NCBI GenBank assembly: GCA_965199955.1
Contig: CBDATQ010000002.1
Span: forward strand, 672,001 to 736,000
Direction: 5' to 3'
Origin: Spirochaetia bacterium
GTDB lineage: Bacteria; Spirochaetota; Spirochaetia; SZUA-6; Bin103
Length of the DNA: 64,000 nucleotides
Below the pieces are notes generated by a model. That model was not told the DNA's origin, ran no database searches, and saw nothing but the letters and a program-made list of their open reading frames with translations. The number at the start of each line of letters is the position of its first letter. Positions within the stretch are counted from its first letter, which is position 1. Shown one piece after another: positions 10,227 through 20,256 of the stretch. The position numbers were made by a program, and so were the translations under genes.

Positions 10227-10460
10227 ATGAAAGCTATACAGGTCAGTATCGACGAAGGGCTTCTGTCGGCGCTGGATGCCGATGAGGAGGTCCGGAGAGA
10301 GGGCAGGTCCGCTGTCCTGCGCCGCGCCGCGGCCGCCTACCTCCGCCGCAAGCGCGCCGACGACATAGCACGCCGCTATCGGGAGGGTTACGCGCGGGGC
10401 GTCGCCGCGGACGAGTTGCGCGGCTGGGCGGACCGTGGGGCATGGCCGGAGGACGGTTGA
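10227..10460 (+). CDS. Ribbon-helix-helix antitoxin
   Basis: MKAIQVSIDEGLLSALD...RSAVLRRA RHH pattern; stop overlaps the toxin start. Confidence 0.85.
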   Translation: MKAIQVSIDEGLLSALDADEEVRREGRSAVLRRAAAAYLRRKRADDIARRYREGYARGVAADELRGWADRGAWPEDG

Positions 10461-10786
10461 TGGCCAGCCGGGTGAACCGCGGAGAGGTATGGATGCATGA
10501 CTTCCGCAAGCCGGACAAGCGCCGCCCGGTGGTGGTGCTGAGCCGCCAGGAGGTGATCCCGATGCTCGGTACCGTGATCGTGGCGCCGATCACGTCCACG
10601 ATTCACGGCGTTCCCAGCGAGGTTCGGGTCGGCGTCGAGGAAGGCCTCAAGCGGGAATCGGCGGTCAACCTGGACCACGTACAGACAGTCGAGCGGTCGC
10701 ACCTGCGCGGCTACGTCGGCGCGCTGGACGATCGCAAGATGCAACTGGTGTGCGCGGCGCTCGCCGTAGCGACGGCGTGCGACTGA
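10460..10786 (+). CDS. mazF: PemK/MazF family endoribonuclease toxin
   Basis: RGEVW, KRRPVVVLS, VAPITST and NLDHVQTV motifs. Confidence 0.9.
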   Translation: MASRVNRGEVWMHDFRKPDKRRPVVVLSRQEVIPMLGTVIVAPITSTIHGVPSEVRVGVEEGLKRESAVNLDHVQTVERSHLRGYVGALDDRKMQLVCAALAVATACD

Positions 10787-10793
10787 CCCGCGA

Positions 10794-12239
10794 TTACATC
10801 GGGCCGATGCGTTCCTCGCCCACGTCGACGGCGGCGCGCATTGAAGCGTCGAAGCTGCGCACCAGCAGATCGGACTTGACGGCGGCCGCGGCCGGATCGT
10901 CCCAGAGGTTGTCGAATTCGCCCGGATCGGCCTCCAGGTCGTAGAGCTCGCCGAGCGCGTGGCCATGGTAGACGACCAGCTTGTGCGTCCGCGTGCGGTA
11001 CATGGTGGCGTAGCTGCCGTCGGGGGCGTCGACGGCAGCGAAGTACTCGCTGCGCACCGCCTGGCGGCCGGCGCCGCCGTCCAGCAGGGAGCGGCCCTGC
11101 ATCCAGGGCGGCACCGGCTGCCCCGCGGCCGCCAGCAGCGTGGGCGCCAGGTCGGTCAGCTCGACCAGATCGTCGGTGGCCCTGCCTGACTCGACGCGGC
11201 GCGGCCAGCGCAGGATCAGCGGCACCCGCACCAGCCCCTCGTAGAATCGGCAGCCCTTGCAGATCAAACCGTGGTCGCCGAGCGTCTCGCCGTGGTCGCT
11301 GGTGAAGATCACCAGCGTGTCCTCCGCCTGGCCGGACTCCTCCAGCGCGTCCAGCATGCGCCCGACCTGATCGTCGATGAGCTCGACCATCGCGTAGTAG
11401 GCGGCCTGCAACGTCTTCGCGTCGCGGGCGAACGTCGCGGCGTCGGCCTCCTGCGCGGAGTCGCGGCCGGGGTAGTACGGCAGCACCGGATGGGCGATGT
11501 CGAGCGGGCCGGACGGGTCGCGCGCCTCGCTCTGGAAGTCGACGGCGCGCAGCCGGCGCTGTTGCTCCAGGTCGCTCGGCCGAAAGAGCGGGCCGGGCAT
11601 CCGTTCCGGCTCGAAGCGGGCGCGGTACGCCGCCGGCGGGTTGAACGGCTCGTGCGGGTCGTAGATGTTGACCGTGGCCAGCCACGGCGTCTCGGCGCCG
11701 CGGCGCTCGCGCATGAAGTCGATTGCGGCTTCCGCGCACCAGGTGGTCTGGTGCAGCTCCGCCGGTACGCCCGCCGGGTCCTTGATCAGCTCGCCCAGGT
11801 CGTGGCCCTGCGCCCGCACCCAGTCGGCATAGGCGTGGCCCGACGGCCAGCCGTCGCGGGGTGCGTGGCTCCAGCGCCAGTAGCGGTAGCCGTCGTCGCC
11901 GCGCGGCTCGGGCCGCTCGTAGGCGCCGGCCAAGTGCAGCTTGCCGATCAGGCCGCAGTCGTAGCCGGCGTCGGCCAGCAGCCGGGTGACCAGCGGGTAG
12001 CGGCCGCGGTAACGCTCGTTGCCGTTGCGCGTGTTCTGGCAGGTGCTGGGGTAGGTGCCGGTCAGGAAGCTGGCTCGGCTCGGCGTGCAGATCGGGCTCT
12101 GGCAGAACGCGTGCGTCCAGGCGGTGCCCTCGCGCCACAGCGCGTCCAGCCGGGGCGTCCGCACGTGCAGATTGCCGCCGGCGCCGATGGTGTCGTAGCG
12201 CTGCTGGTCGGTGCAGATCCAGAGGATGTTGGGTGGCAT
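10794..12239 (-). CDS. Sulfatase (Cys-type, S1)
   Basis: PNILWICTDQQR, CQSPICTPSRASFLTG, GKLH, FTSDHGE, ELYDLEADPGE. Confidence 0.93.
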   Translation of the reverse strand: MPPNILWICTDQQRYDTIGAGGNLHVRTPRLDALWREGTAWTHAFCQSPICTPSRASFLTGTYPSTCQNTRNGNERYRGRYPLVTRLLADAGYDCGLIGKLHLAGAYERPEPRGDDGYRYWRWSHAPRDGWPSGHAYADWVRAQGHDLGELIKDPAGVPAELHQTTWCAEAAIDFMRERRGAETPWLATVNIYDPHEPFNPPAAYRARFEPERMPGPLFRPSDLEQQRRLRAVDFQSEARDPSGPLDIAHPVLPYYPGRDSAQEADAATFARDAKTLQAAYYAMVELIDDQVGRMLDALEESGQAEDTLVIFTSDHGETLGDHGLICKGCRFYEGLVRVPLILRWPRRVESGRATDDLVELTDLAPTLLAAAGQPVPPWMQGRSLLDGGAGRQAVRSEYFAAVDAPDGSYATMYRTRTHKLVVYHGHALGELYDLEADPGEFDNLWDDPAAAAVKSDLLVRSFDASMRAAVDVGEERIGPM

Positions 12240-12402
12240 GGACGTTTGCGTACCTCGTCGGCGGCGATACTACGGGAACGGCTCCTGCACCGCGAGTGTC
12301 GCCCAATGTGGCTGCAGGCGGAGTTGCACTCCTGACGGATGCCGGCGCTGCTCCTGCCGCACGAGGGATTGACCGCCTCTCCCGGTCACGTTAGGAGTAC
12401 GT

Positions 12403-13038
12403 GTGGCCGCGACGCCCGAACCACCGCCGGCGGCGCCGTCCCCGCAGGAGGCGCTGTCCTCACTGCTCTGCGACGTTCTGCCTCCCCAGGGCGCGTGGAG
12501 TGACCGGGAGTACCTGTGGCTCACCGACCACACCAACCGCCTGATCGAGCTCGCCGACGGTGACGTCGAGGAGTTGCCCATGCCCACCGATACGCATCAG
12601 GCGGTACTCCTGTTCCTGTACCTGCAGTTCCGTGACTACCTTGGGCCGCGGGGCGGGGTTGTCCGAGTCGCCGCGCTGCGCATGCGCGTCCGCGAGGGGT
12701 TGTTCCGCGAACCTGACGTGCTGCTCCTCCGCAATCGCTCCGATCCGCGCCGTCAGGACCGCTTCTGGTTGGGTGCGGACCTGGTGGTGGAGGTCGTCAG
12801 CCCGGATGACCCGGATCGGGATCTCGTGGAGAAGCGCGCCGACTACGCGGCGGCCGGCATCCCGGAGTACTGGATCGCCGACCCGCGCGACGAGACCATC
12901 ACGGTGCTTGCGCTGGCAGGCGATACCTACGTGGAGCACGGCGCGTTCGCGCGCGGCGAGGCTGCCACGTCGCCGTCGTTGACAGGGTTCGCCACCGATG
13001 TCGAGGCCGTGTTCGACGCTCCGCAATCGGGCGCCTGA
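12403..13038 (+). CDS. Uma2/DUF820 family PD-(D/E)xK endonuclease
   Basis: REPDV, ADLVVEVVSP, EKRADYAAAGIPEYWIADP. Confidence 0.9.
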   Translation: MAATPEPPPAAPSPQEALSSLLCDVLPPQGAWSDREYLWLTDHTNRLIELADGDVEELPMPTDTHQAVLLFLYLQFRDYLGPRGGVVRVAALRMRVREGLFREPDVLLLRNRSDPRRQDRFWLGADLVVEVVSPDDPDRDLVEKRADYAAAGIPEYWIADPRDETITVLALAGDTYVEHGAFARGEAATSPSLTGFATDVEAVFDAPQSGA

Positions 13039-13054
13039 CGGCCGTCCCATCCGC

Positions 13055-13560
13055 ATGCGCGTCACCCTCCGCCGGCGCGAGCTTGCTCTGGACAAGCGCG
13101 GCTACCGCCATTGGATCGTCCTCGAGCGGCGGGTCGATTTGCGCCCGGAGCGCGCGGCGCTCCTGCTGTGCGACGTGTGGGACCGCCATTGGTGCCGCGG
13201 CGCCCAGGAACGGCTGAAGCGTCTCGTGCCTCGCATCGACCGCACCGCCCGCGCGGCCCGCGACCGGGGCATGCTGGTCGTGCACGCACCCTCCAGCACC
13301 ATGCCGTTCTATGCCAATCATCCGGCGCGGCTGCGCGTGCTCCAGGCGCCGCCGGCAGCCGCGCCGGCCGAACGAACCCACCTCGATCCGCCGCTGCCGA
13401 TCGACGGCAGCGATTCCTCCGACACGGACGGCGATCCGGCTGCCGAGGGCACCCGCCGTTGGCGGCGCCAGCACGCGGGGGTGTGGATCGACGGCGACCG
13501 AGATGCGATCGGCGACGACGGCCTCGAGCTCCTTGGGCTGTACCGGCAGCGCGGCATCTC
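13055..13560 (+). pseudogene. Isochorismatase/cysteine-hydrolase family protein, 3'-truncated
   Basis: ALLLCDVWDRHWC and VVHAPS motifs. Similarity stops at RQRGI; the catalytic-Cys segment (GVHTNxC-like) is absent. Confidence 0.7.
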
Positions 13561-13652
13561 GCGTCCCTCGAGGAGTATGGCGCCGGTGAGGCTATGCAGG
13601 CGCTGTGGCGGTCCCTCGGCAGCGGCGCCGCCGGCGGGAGCTGGGCGCACGA

Positions 13653-14666
13653 CTACCTGGAACGGTAGCGGCCGGGGGCCGCGTCGCTCGGAGTGAGCTC
13701 GCCCACCAGTTGGTCGTCCGAGATCAACTCCACGGCCGGCGCGTCGAAGCGGCCGTAGCCGTTCCAGATCTTGAAGCCGACCAGCTCCTTGAGGCGCAGC
13801 GGAGCCTCGGCGGCCACCTCCGGCATCAGGCCCAGGGTGTAGTTCTCCTGCGGCCGGAACTGCGGGCCGCAGTAGGTGTTGAGCAGACCCATGCGCGGCT
13901 CGTCGGTCCGGTTGGTGCCGGACCCGTGCCACAGCCGGCCCTCGAAGAACATCGTCGTGCCTGCCGGCGCCTCGATCGGAACCACGTCCTCCTCCCGATA
14001 CAGTCCCGGCTTCGGCTGCCGGCCGCTCAGGTGGCTGCCGGGCACCACGCGCGTGGCGCCGTTGTCGTCGTGGAAGTCCACCAGCAGCCACATGCTGTTC
14101 AGGGCCGCGGGCGGCGCGATCATGGCGGCGCCGTCGCGGACCTCGCCCGCCTCGGCACGGGTGATCGATCCCACCGGCAGACCGAACCGGCCCCTGGGCA
14201 CCGGCGGCGGCATCCACCACGCGTCGGTGTGCAGCTCCATGGGCGCGGCCCCCTTGCCGATGATGTTGGCGGTGCTGCAGGAGAGCTGGTAGTGACTGCC
14301 CAGCACGTGCCCGGCCAACTCCAGGGCGTGCTCCATCAGCACGATGTCGCGGAAGATCCGTCCCTTGTTGAGCAGCATGAACAGGCGCTGGCTCACGCCG
14401 CCGGCCGCCGCCGTGAAGCGATCCTGGCGGACCGTCCCGTCGGCGTCGGCGAAAGCGCCCCAGTTCTTGTCGGGCGTCCCGTCCATGTACGCCACGCCCC
14501 GCTCCCGCTCGGCGGCCGCCTGGGCGGTCAGCCGCTCCTGAGCCTCGTGCAGCTCGGCGGAGGTCAGGGCATCCGCCAGCAGGCAGTAGCCGCTCCGCTC
14601 CAGGTCCGCCCTGCAGCGCTCCAGATCGGTGGTGAGGCGCGGACGCTCGGTCACGTCGATGCTCAT
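13653..14666 (-). CDS. PhyH-family Fe(II)/2-oxoglutarate dioxygenase
   Basis: GY..LADAL, LHTD, NGATRVVPGSH, LWHGSG. Confidence 0.9.
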   Translation of the reverse strand: MSIDVTERPRLTTDLERCRADLERSGYCLLADALTSAELHEAQERLTAQAAAERERGVAYMDGTPDKNWGAFADADGTVRQDRFTAAAGGVSQRLFMLLNKGRIFRDIVLMEHALELAGHVLGSHYQLSCSTANIIGKGAAPMELHTDAWWMPPPVPRGRFGLPVGSITRAEAGEVRDGAAMIAPPAALNSMWLLVDFHDDNGATRVVPGSHLSGRQPKPGLYREEDVVPIEAPAGTTMFFEGRLWHGSGTNRTDEPRMGLLNTYCGPQFRPQENYTLGLMPEVAAEAPLRLKELVGFKIWNGYGRFDAPAVELISDDQLVGELTPSDAAPGRYRSR

Positions 14667-14672
14667 GCCGCC

Positions 14673-14873
14673 CTATCGGTCCTGGCCCTTAGCCGCCCGA
14701 TGTTGCTCCAATGCTTTTCGCAGAGACGACATAGGCTGCTTCATCGTACCCTGATTCGTGAAGTGTTCCGAAACGCACTTTCCGCTATCGGCCATGTCGG
14801 CGATCTCGTCTGCCGTTGGCAGCCGATCGTCTCGTGGCAAGCTGCTGTGGTTTCGATCCAACCCGAAGCGCAT
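14673..14873 (-). pseudogene. Collapsed toxin-antitoxin remnant (BrnT-like start fused to CopG/BrnA-like antitoxin ends)
   Basis: MRFGLDRNHS...PTADEIADMADSGKCVSEHFTNQGTMKQP|MSSLRKALEQH. This resembles the N- and C-termini of CopG-type antitoxins without the central RVNVDF RHH strand. Confidence 0.45.
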
Positions 14874-14968
14874 GGCGGAGTATAGCCGGTGAAGGAAGTG
14901 GCCGCCGTGGCGAGGGCTCGCTCCGGGCCGCCCACGGTCACTTGTCTCAGGACACCGGCCCCGCTCGG

Positions 14969-15019
14969 TTGACGACAGATCCGTTTGAAACGATATTGTT
15001 GCAAACGGATCTGTTGGAG
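14969..15019 (+). promoter_or_regulatory. Putative promoter/operator of the NTPase operon: perfect 13-bp inverted repeat
   Basis: ACAGATCCGTTTG (14975-14987) and CAAACGGATCTGT (15002-15014), 14-nt spacer. TTGACG lies at 14969-14974 and GGAG at 15016-15019. Confidence 0.7.
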
Positions 15020-15025
15020 ATAGCG

Positions 15026-16283
15026 ATGTTGAGGAAGGGTGGAGGTATCTGGGTCGACGGAGACCGGTTCTTCGACCGGGAGGTCGAGGTGGAGGCGCTG
15101 ACGGAACGCATCGCCGACGGCCGGCACACGCTGCTGACGGCGCAGCGCAGGATGGGGAAGACCAGCTTGGTGCGGGAGACTGCGCCGGTTGGCGGAGCAA
15201 GGCGACTCCGAGCCGCTCTTCGTCGATCTGGAAGGGTCTGATGGCCCAGAGGACGCCATAGCCGAGATCGCGGCTCAGACTCTTGCCGCCCAGGGTTCCT
15301 GGCTCCCCATCAAGCGGACGTTCGCCAACCTTCTGACACAGGCCGGCGATCGCATCGAAGAGCTCGCGGTCGCGGAGCTGAAGGTCAAGCTGCGAGCCGG
15401 CATCGACCGCGGCAACTGGAAGGAGCGGGGCGACGCAGTCTTCAGGGCACTGGAGCAGCATAGGAAACCCGTCGTGCTGGCGATCGACGAACTGCCGATC
15501 CTGGTCAACCACCTGCTCAAGGGACACGACTACCGCATCACGCCCGACCGCAGGCAGGCGGCGGATGCATTCCTGAGTTGGCTCCGGAAGGTCGGGCAGG
15601 CGCATCGCACCGTCTGCCTGATCGTCTTGGGCAGCGTGAGCCTGGAACCGATCCTGCGGCAGGCCGGACTCAGCGCTCACGCGAACATCTACTCGCCATT
15701 CGAGCTGGAGCCATGGAGCGAGAAAACCGCCGTCGATTGCGTCGAAGCGCTGGCGCTGAACTACGGCCTGGACCTCTCGCTCGACGTACGGCAGAGGATG
15801 TGTCGGAAGCTGCGTTGTTGCATCCCGCAGCACGTGCAGCAGTTCTTCGACTATCTGCACGAGGACTTGCGGAAGACCCGCAGCAGGGTCGCGGCGCCGG
15901 AAGACGTGGAGCGTGTGTACGACACGTACATGCTCGGCATCCGCGGTACGATCGACCTTGATCACTATCGGAGCCGTCTAAAGATGGTCCTCGGCAGGGA
16001 CGGGTGTCGGTTCGCCATCGAGCTTCTGACAGAGGCCGCAACCAGCGGCGGGATGCTCACCGACCAGGCGATCGGCCGCTATGATGAGTACTTCGGCTCT
16101 CTGGACGAATTCCTCGGCGCGCCAGTCACAGATGTGCTCCCGGTGCTGGAACATGACGGATACCTTGGGAGATTTCCGGGCGGCTACCGATTCGTGTCGG
16201 GTTTGATCGAGGACTGGTGGCGAGCCCGATTCGGCGCGCATTTCATACCCATCTCGGAACGGATGCCGCTCAGCGAGAGCTAG
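15026..16283 (+). CDS. P-loop NTPase (AAA/STAND-like), apparent frameshift near 15180
   Basis: FFDREVE and Walker A TAQRRMGKTS are in one frame. LFVDLE, Walker B VVLAIDELP, IVLGSV and C-terminal LEHDGYL..YRF are in the next. Confidence 0.8.
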
Positions 16284-16287
16284 TCCG

Positions 16288-18711
16288 ATGGCGACCAAGA
16301 AATACAATCCCGGATTCCTCAGTGATGACGAACTGGTGGAGTCGTTTTGTGTCCGGACAAGCGAGTTCGAGTCGATTATCGAGACGCTGCGCGAGAACAC
16401 CGGCAACTCCAATCAGCATCTGATCGTGATCGGCCCCCGTGGCAGCGGAAAGACGAGCCTGCTTCTTCGCGTAGCGATCGAGGCGCGCAGGAATCCCGAC
16501 CTGTCATCCCGGATCTTCCCCATTACATTGGCCGAAGAGAGCTACGAGGTCAGTACGTGCGGCGAGTTCTGGCTGGAGTGCCTCTCACGTCTGGTCGATC
16601 AGGCGCCGCAGCCGGACTGGGCGTCAGACTTGGATCGAACCTACCAGGATCTGCGCGCGATTCAAGATGACCGGATGCTTGCCGACCGCTGCCTGGCCGC
16701 TTTGCTTGATTTCTCGGACCGTGCTGGCAAGCGGCTGCTGCTGACCGTGGAGAACCTCAACATGATGTTCGCGGACATGCTGGACCCGAACGCGGGCTGG
16801 CGTCTGAGGAAGTCCCTTCAGACCGAGCCGCGGATCATGCTCCTGGGAAGCGCGACCAGCCGGTTCGAGGAGATCGATCGGCCGGATCGAGCCTTGTACG
16901 ACCTGTTCCGCTTGATCAATCTGAGGCCGCTCGACGAGCAGGAATGCAGCGCCCTTTGGGAGGCGGTGTCGGGCGAGCTTCCTGACAGGGGGAAAATACG
17001 ATCTCTGCAGATCCTGACGGGGGGGAGCCCGCGGCTGATCGCGATCGTGGCACCGTTCAGTGCGGGTCGCCCCCTACATGAGCTCATGGACGATCTGCTC
17101 GACCTGATCGACGAACACACGGAGTACTTCAAAAGTCATCTCGATGCCCTCGCCTCGCAGGAACGGCGCGTGTACGTCGCCTTGGCAGATCTGTGGAAGC
17201 CGGCCAACACCCGAGAGATAGCCGAACGGGCTCGGCTGGCGTCGAGCACATGCAGCGCCCAACTGAAGCGTCTCATCGGTCGGGGTGTTGTATCGGAAGA
17301 GGGCGGAACCCCCCGGCGCAAGCAGTACTATCTTGTCGAGCGATTATATAACATCTACTATCTGCTCCGTCGACGCGGATCGGATCCCGTAGTCCGGGCT
17401 TTGATCCGTTTCATGGCGTCTTTCTACTCACAGACCGATTTGCTCGGGATGGATAGGCGGATTGAAGCAGAAGCCAGGTACGCAGACAAGAGCCTGAGGC
17501 CGCTATACGAAGCGGCGCTTACTCAACTACGGCAGCTTCCCGAGTTTCGCGTAGTAACTCCCGAACACTTTGCCAATGTTGCCACTTACGTAGCGGCTTA
17601 TCTCCGGATGTATTTCGAGTATTACGAGCCTGGTCATTACCATGAAACACTTGATGAGTGTGACAGTATCCTCCGAAGAGCAGGGGCAGAAGCATTTCCG
17701 CTGAGCAGAGTTGTTGCTTCTGTGCTCGTAGTGAAGGGCTACGCACTGTGTAAACTCAACCGGCTAGAGGAGGCGCTTCACGCATATGACGAGGCGATCA
17801 GCGAGCTTGACGCATCGGAAATACCGGAGACTTCGGCGGCGATGGTCAACGCAATGCTCAACAAAGGTATCGTCCTGAGTCAGTTGAATCGGTCAGATGA
17901 GGCGCTGGCGCTGTACGATAACATGATCGATCGCTTTGACCCAGCGAGCAGCGAGATCGAGTTTGTTGAGGATATTGAGACAGCGTGGGTAAACAGAGGG
18001 ATCACTCTTGGTCTCTTGGAGCGCCTGGAGGAAGCAGTCGACGTATTCGATGGCGTGGTAAAGAGATCCGCGGTGCCGCAACAGGTTGCGAGGGCTCTGG
18101 CAAACAAGGGCCTATCTCTGTCGCGATTGGGACGGGAGCAACAGGCTCTGGATACATTCAATCACCTGATGGAACGGTTCGGATCAAGCGATGACGTTGA
18201 AATAGTCGAGCAAGTTGCCGTCGGAATGCTGCACAAGGGTGTGACTCTTGACGAGCTGAACAGGATCCAAGAGGCGATTGAGGTCTATGATGAGGTCGTG
18301 AGACGTTTTGATGGTAGCGGAGCACGCGAGCTCAAGATTTATGTTGGGACGGCGATGGTGAGCCGGGCCGTGCTGAATAGCAGGTGTGGCACTATGCCGG
18401 ACGGAACAGGCTACGAGCGCAACCTCAGAGCGATTCTGCCGACTCTTCCGCGACTCGATCATGTGCCGGAGTCAGTCATCCCCACACTGGCAATGTTGAG
18501 TGCCCACCTGGGCGCCGAGCGAATCTTGGAGTTGATCGAGGGATCGCCGGCAGAGGGTTTGTTGCTGCCGATGGTGACGGCATTGAAACGGGAACTCGGG
18601 CGCGAGCCTCGCGTGGCCAAGGAAGTGTCCGAGACCGCTGACGACATCCGCAAAGTGTTGGCAGAATTGAGGACTGCCATCCGTTCGTCGGACACGATGG
18701 GGCGCGCATGA
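16288..18711 (+). CDS. P-loop NTPase + winged-HTH + TPR-repeat protein (STAND-like)
   Basis: Walker A GPRGSGKT, Walker-B-like LLLTVENL, TGGSPR, wHTH (TREIAERARLASSTCSAQLKRLIGRGVV), then five xxKGxxLxxLxRxEEA repeats. Confidence 0.85.
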   Translation: MATKKYNPGFLSDDELVESFCVRTSEFESIIETLRENTGNSNQHLIVIGPRGSGKTSLLLRVAIEARRNPDLSSRIFPITLAEESYEVSTCGEFWLECLSRLVDQAPQPDWASDLDRTYQDLRAIQDDRMLADRCLAALLDFSDRAGKRLLLTVENLNMMFADMLDPNAGWRLRKSLQTEPRIMLLGSATSRFEEIDRPDRALYDLFRLINLRPLDEQECSALWEAVSGELPDRGKIRSLQILTGGSPRLIAIVAPFSAGRPLHELMDDLLDLIDEHTEYFKSHLDALASQERRVYVALADLWKPANTREIAERARLASSTCSAQLKRLIGRGVVSEEGGTPRRKQYYLVERLYNIYYLLRRRGSDPVVRALIRFMASFYSQTDLLGMDRRIEAEARYADKSLRPLYEAALTQLRQLPEFRVVTPEHFANVATYVAAYLRMYFEYYEPGHYHETLDECDSILRRAGAEAFPLSRVVASVLVVKGYALCKLNRLEEALHAYDEAISELDASEIPETSAAMVNAMLNKGIVLSQLNRSDEALALYDNMIDRFDPASSEIEFVEDIETAWVNRGITLGLLERLEEAVDVFDGVVKRSAVPQQVARALANKGLSLSRLGREQQALDTFNHLMERFGSSDDVEIVEQVAVGMLHKGVTLDELNRIQEAIEVYDEVVRRFDGSGARELKIYVGTAMVSRAVLNSRCGTMPDGTGYERNLRAILPTLPRLDHVPESVIPTLAMLSAHLGAERILELIEGSPAEGLLLPMVTALKRELGREPRVAKEVSETADDIRKVLAELRTAIRSSDTMGRA
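17710..18305 (+). repeat. Five degenerate TPR-like protein repeats
   Basis: VKGYALCKLNRLEEAL, NKGIVLSQLNRSDEAL, NRGITLGLLERLEEAV, NKGLSLSRLGREQQAL, HKGVTLDELNRIQEAI. Confidence 0.8.
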
Positions 18712-19902
18712 CTGAGGCCGACACCTGCCGAAAGTTCGTTGTTCCAAGGCTTCAAGAAGCGGGGTGGGACAACGCACCCCACGTGATCAACGAGCAGCGG
18801 ACCTTCACCGACGGCCGCATCCTCTTCACCGGCGGCAAGGCGCGGCGTGGCCCGCAGAAGCGCGCGGACTACCTGCTGCGCTACCGCCCGGACTTCCCGA
18901 TCGCCGTGGTCGAGGTCAAGGCCCACTACCGGCTCGCGGGCGACGGTATGCAGCAGGCCAAGGAGTACGCCGAGATCCTGGGCCTGAAGTTCGCCTACGC
19001 GACGAACGGCACCGAGATCATCGAGTTCGACTACACGACCGGCATCGAGCGCACCGTCACCGCCTTCCCAAGCCCGACGACCTGTGGCACCGCCTTCGAG
19101 CCGCGGAGGGGATCGCTGAAGACGATGTCGCCCTCAGCTTGCTCACCCCCACGTTGCCCGACCCTGCGCGGCCTCTCCGCTACTACCAGGAGATCGCCGT
19201 CAACCGGGCTACTCAGGCCGTCCTACAGGGAAGCCGCCGGATCCTGCTTGCCCTCTACACGGGCTCCGGCAAGACCGCGATCGCCTTCCAGATCTGCTGG
19301 AAGCTCTGGTCCGCGCGCTGGAACCGTGCGGGCGCCGTCCGTCGCCCAAAGATTCTGTTCCTGTCGGACCGCAAAGTGCTGGTGGACGACCCCATGGCCA
19401 AAGACTTCAGCCCGTTCGCCGACGGGCGGCACAAGATCTCCGGCACGGCGGTCAAGAGCCGCGACATGTACTTCGCCATCTACCAGGCGATCGCCCGAGA
19501 CGAACAACGCCCCGGCCTCTACCGCGAGTATCCGCAGGGCTTCTTCGATCTGATCATCGTCGACGAGTGCCACCGCGGCAGCGCCCGTGACGACAGCAAC
19601 TGGCGGGAGATCCTGGAGTGGTTCGAGCCGGCCGTGCAGATCGGCATGACGGCGACGCCGCGGCGAGAGGACAACGTCGACACCTACGACTACTTCAGCG
19701 ATCCGATCTACAGTCTGGCGGAGGGTATCGACGATGGGTTCCTCGCTCCCTACCGCGTCCACCGCGTCATCACGGACTACGACGCCTCCGGCTGGCGGCC
19801 GACCAGGGGAGAGCTGGACCGCTACGGGCGCGAGATACCGGATGCCGAGTATCACACCCGCGACTTCGAGCGTCTGGTGGCCCTGCAAGCGCGGACGCAG
19901 GC
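18708..19902 (+). pseudogene. hsdR: Type I restriction endonuclease R subunit, frameshifted (~19073) and 3'-truncated
   Basis: TEADT, RADYLL..VVEVK..QQAKEY nuclease motifs, then in another frame LRYYQ, TGSGKT, DECHRG and GMTATP. It ends at ARTQA with no second RecA domain, and there is no hsdM/hsdS. Confidence 0.85.
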
Positions 19903-19904
19903 GA

Positions 19905-20245
19905 GGCGGCACCTGGCGCAACCGGCCGGCCGCCCGACCTGCTGATCGGCGTCGGCACCGCCGGCGCCGAGTTCGGAGCCGGAGCACCGTTCCAGCGCAC
20001 CCCATGATCGACGAGCGGCTCTGGTTCATGGCCGGCCGCGACGGCGCGCCAGGCCGGACGACCCGCAACGGCCGGACGGGCCGCACCGCTTTGTGCGCGC
20101 CGACATGGCCTACCTGGAGTACCCGAACGGGGGAGCGGTGTTCGCAGCCGGCGCCATCTGCTGGCGCGGCGCCCTCTCCTGGAACGGCTACGACAACAAC
20201 GTCTCCCGCATCACGGAGAACGTGCTGAGGACGTTCTCGGCCTGA
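19905..20245 (+). pseudogene. C-terminal remnant of an N,N-dimethylformamidase large-subunit family gene
   Basis: GRPPDLLIGVG...FQRTP, then VRADMAYLEYPNGGAVFAAGAICWRGALSWNGYDNNVSRITENVLRTF* (20093-20245, not in the ORF track). Confidence 0.7.
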
Positions 20246-20256
20246 CCGGTCCGCCG

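Noticed and set aside
14886..14959. Nested stems with GAAGGAAG, reminiscent of SRP RNA or a structured ncRNA
   Set aside because: The CAGG...AGCAG SRP core is absent, and short stems are expected by chance at this GC content.
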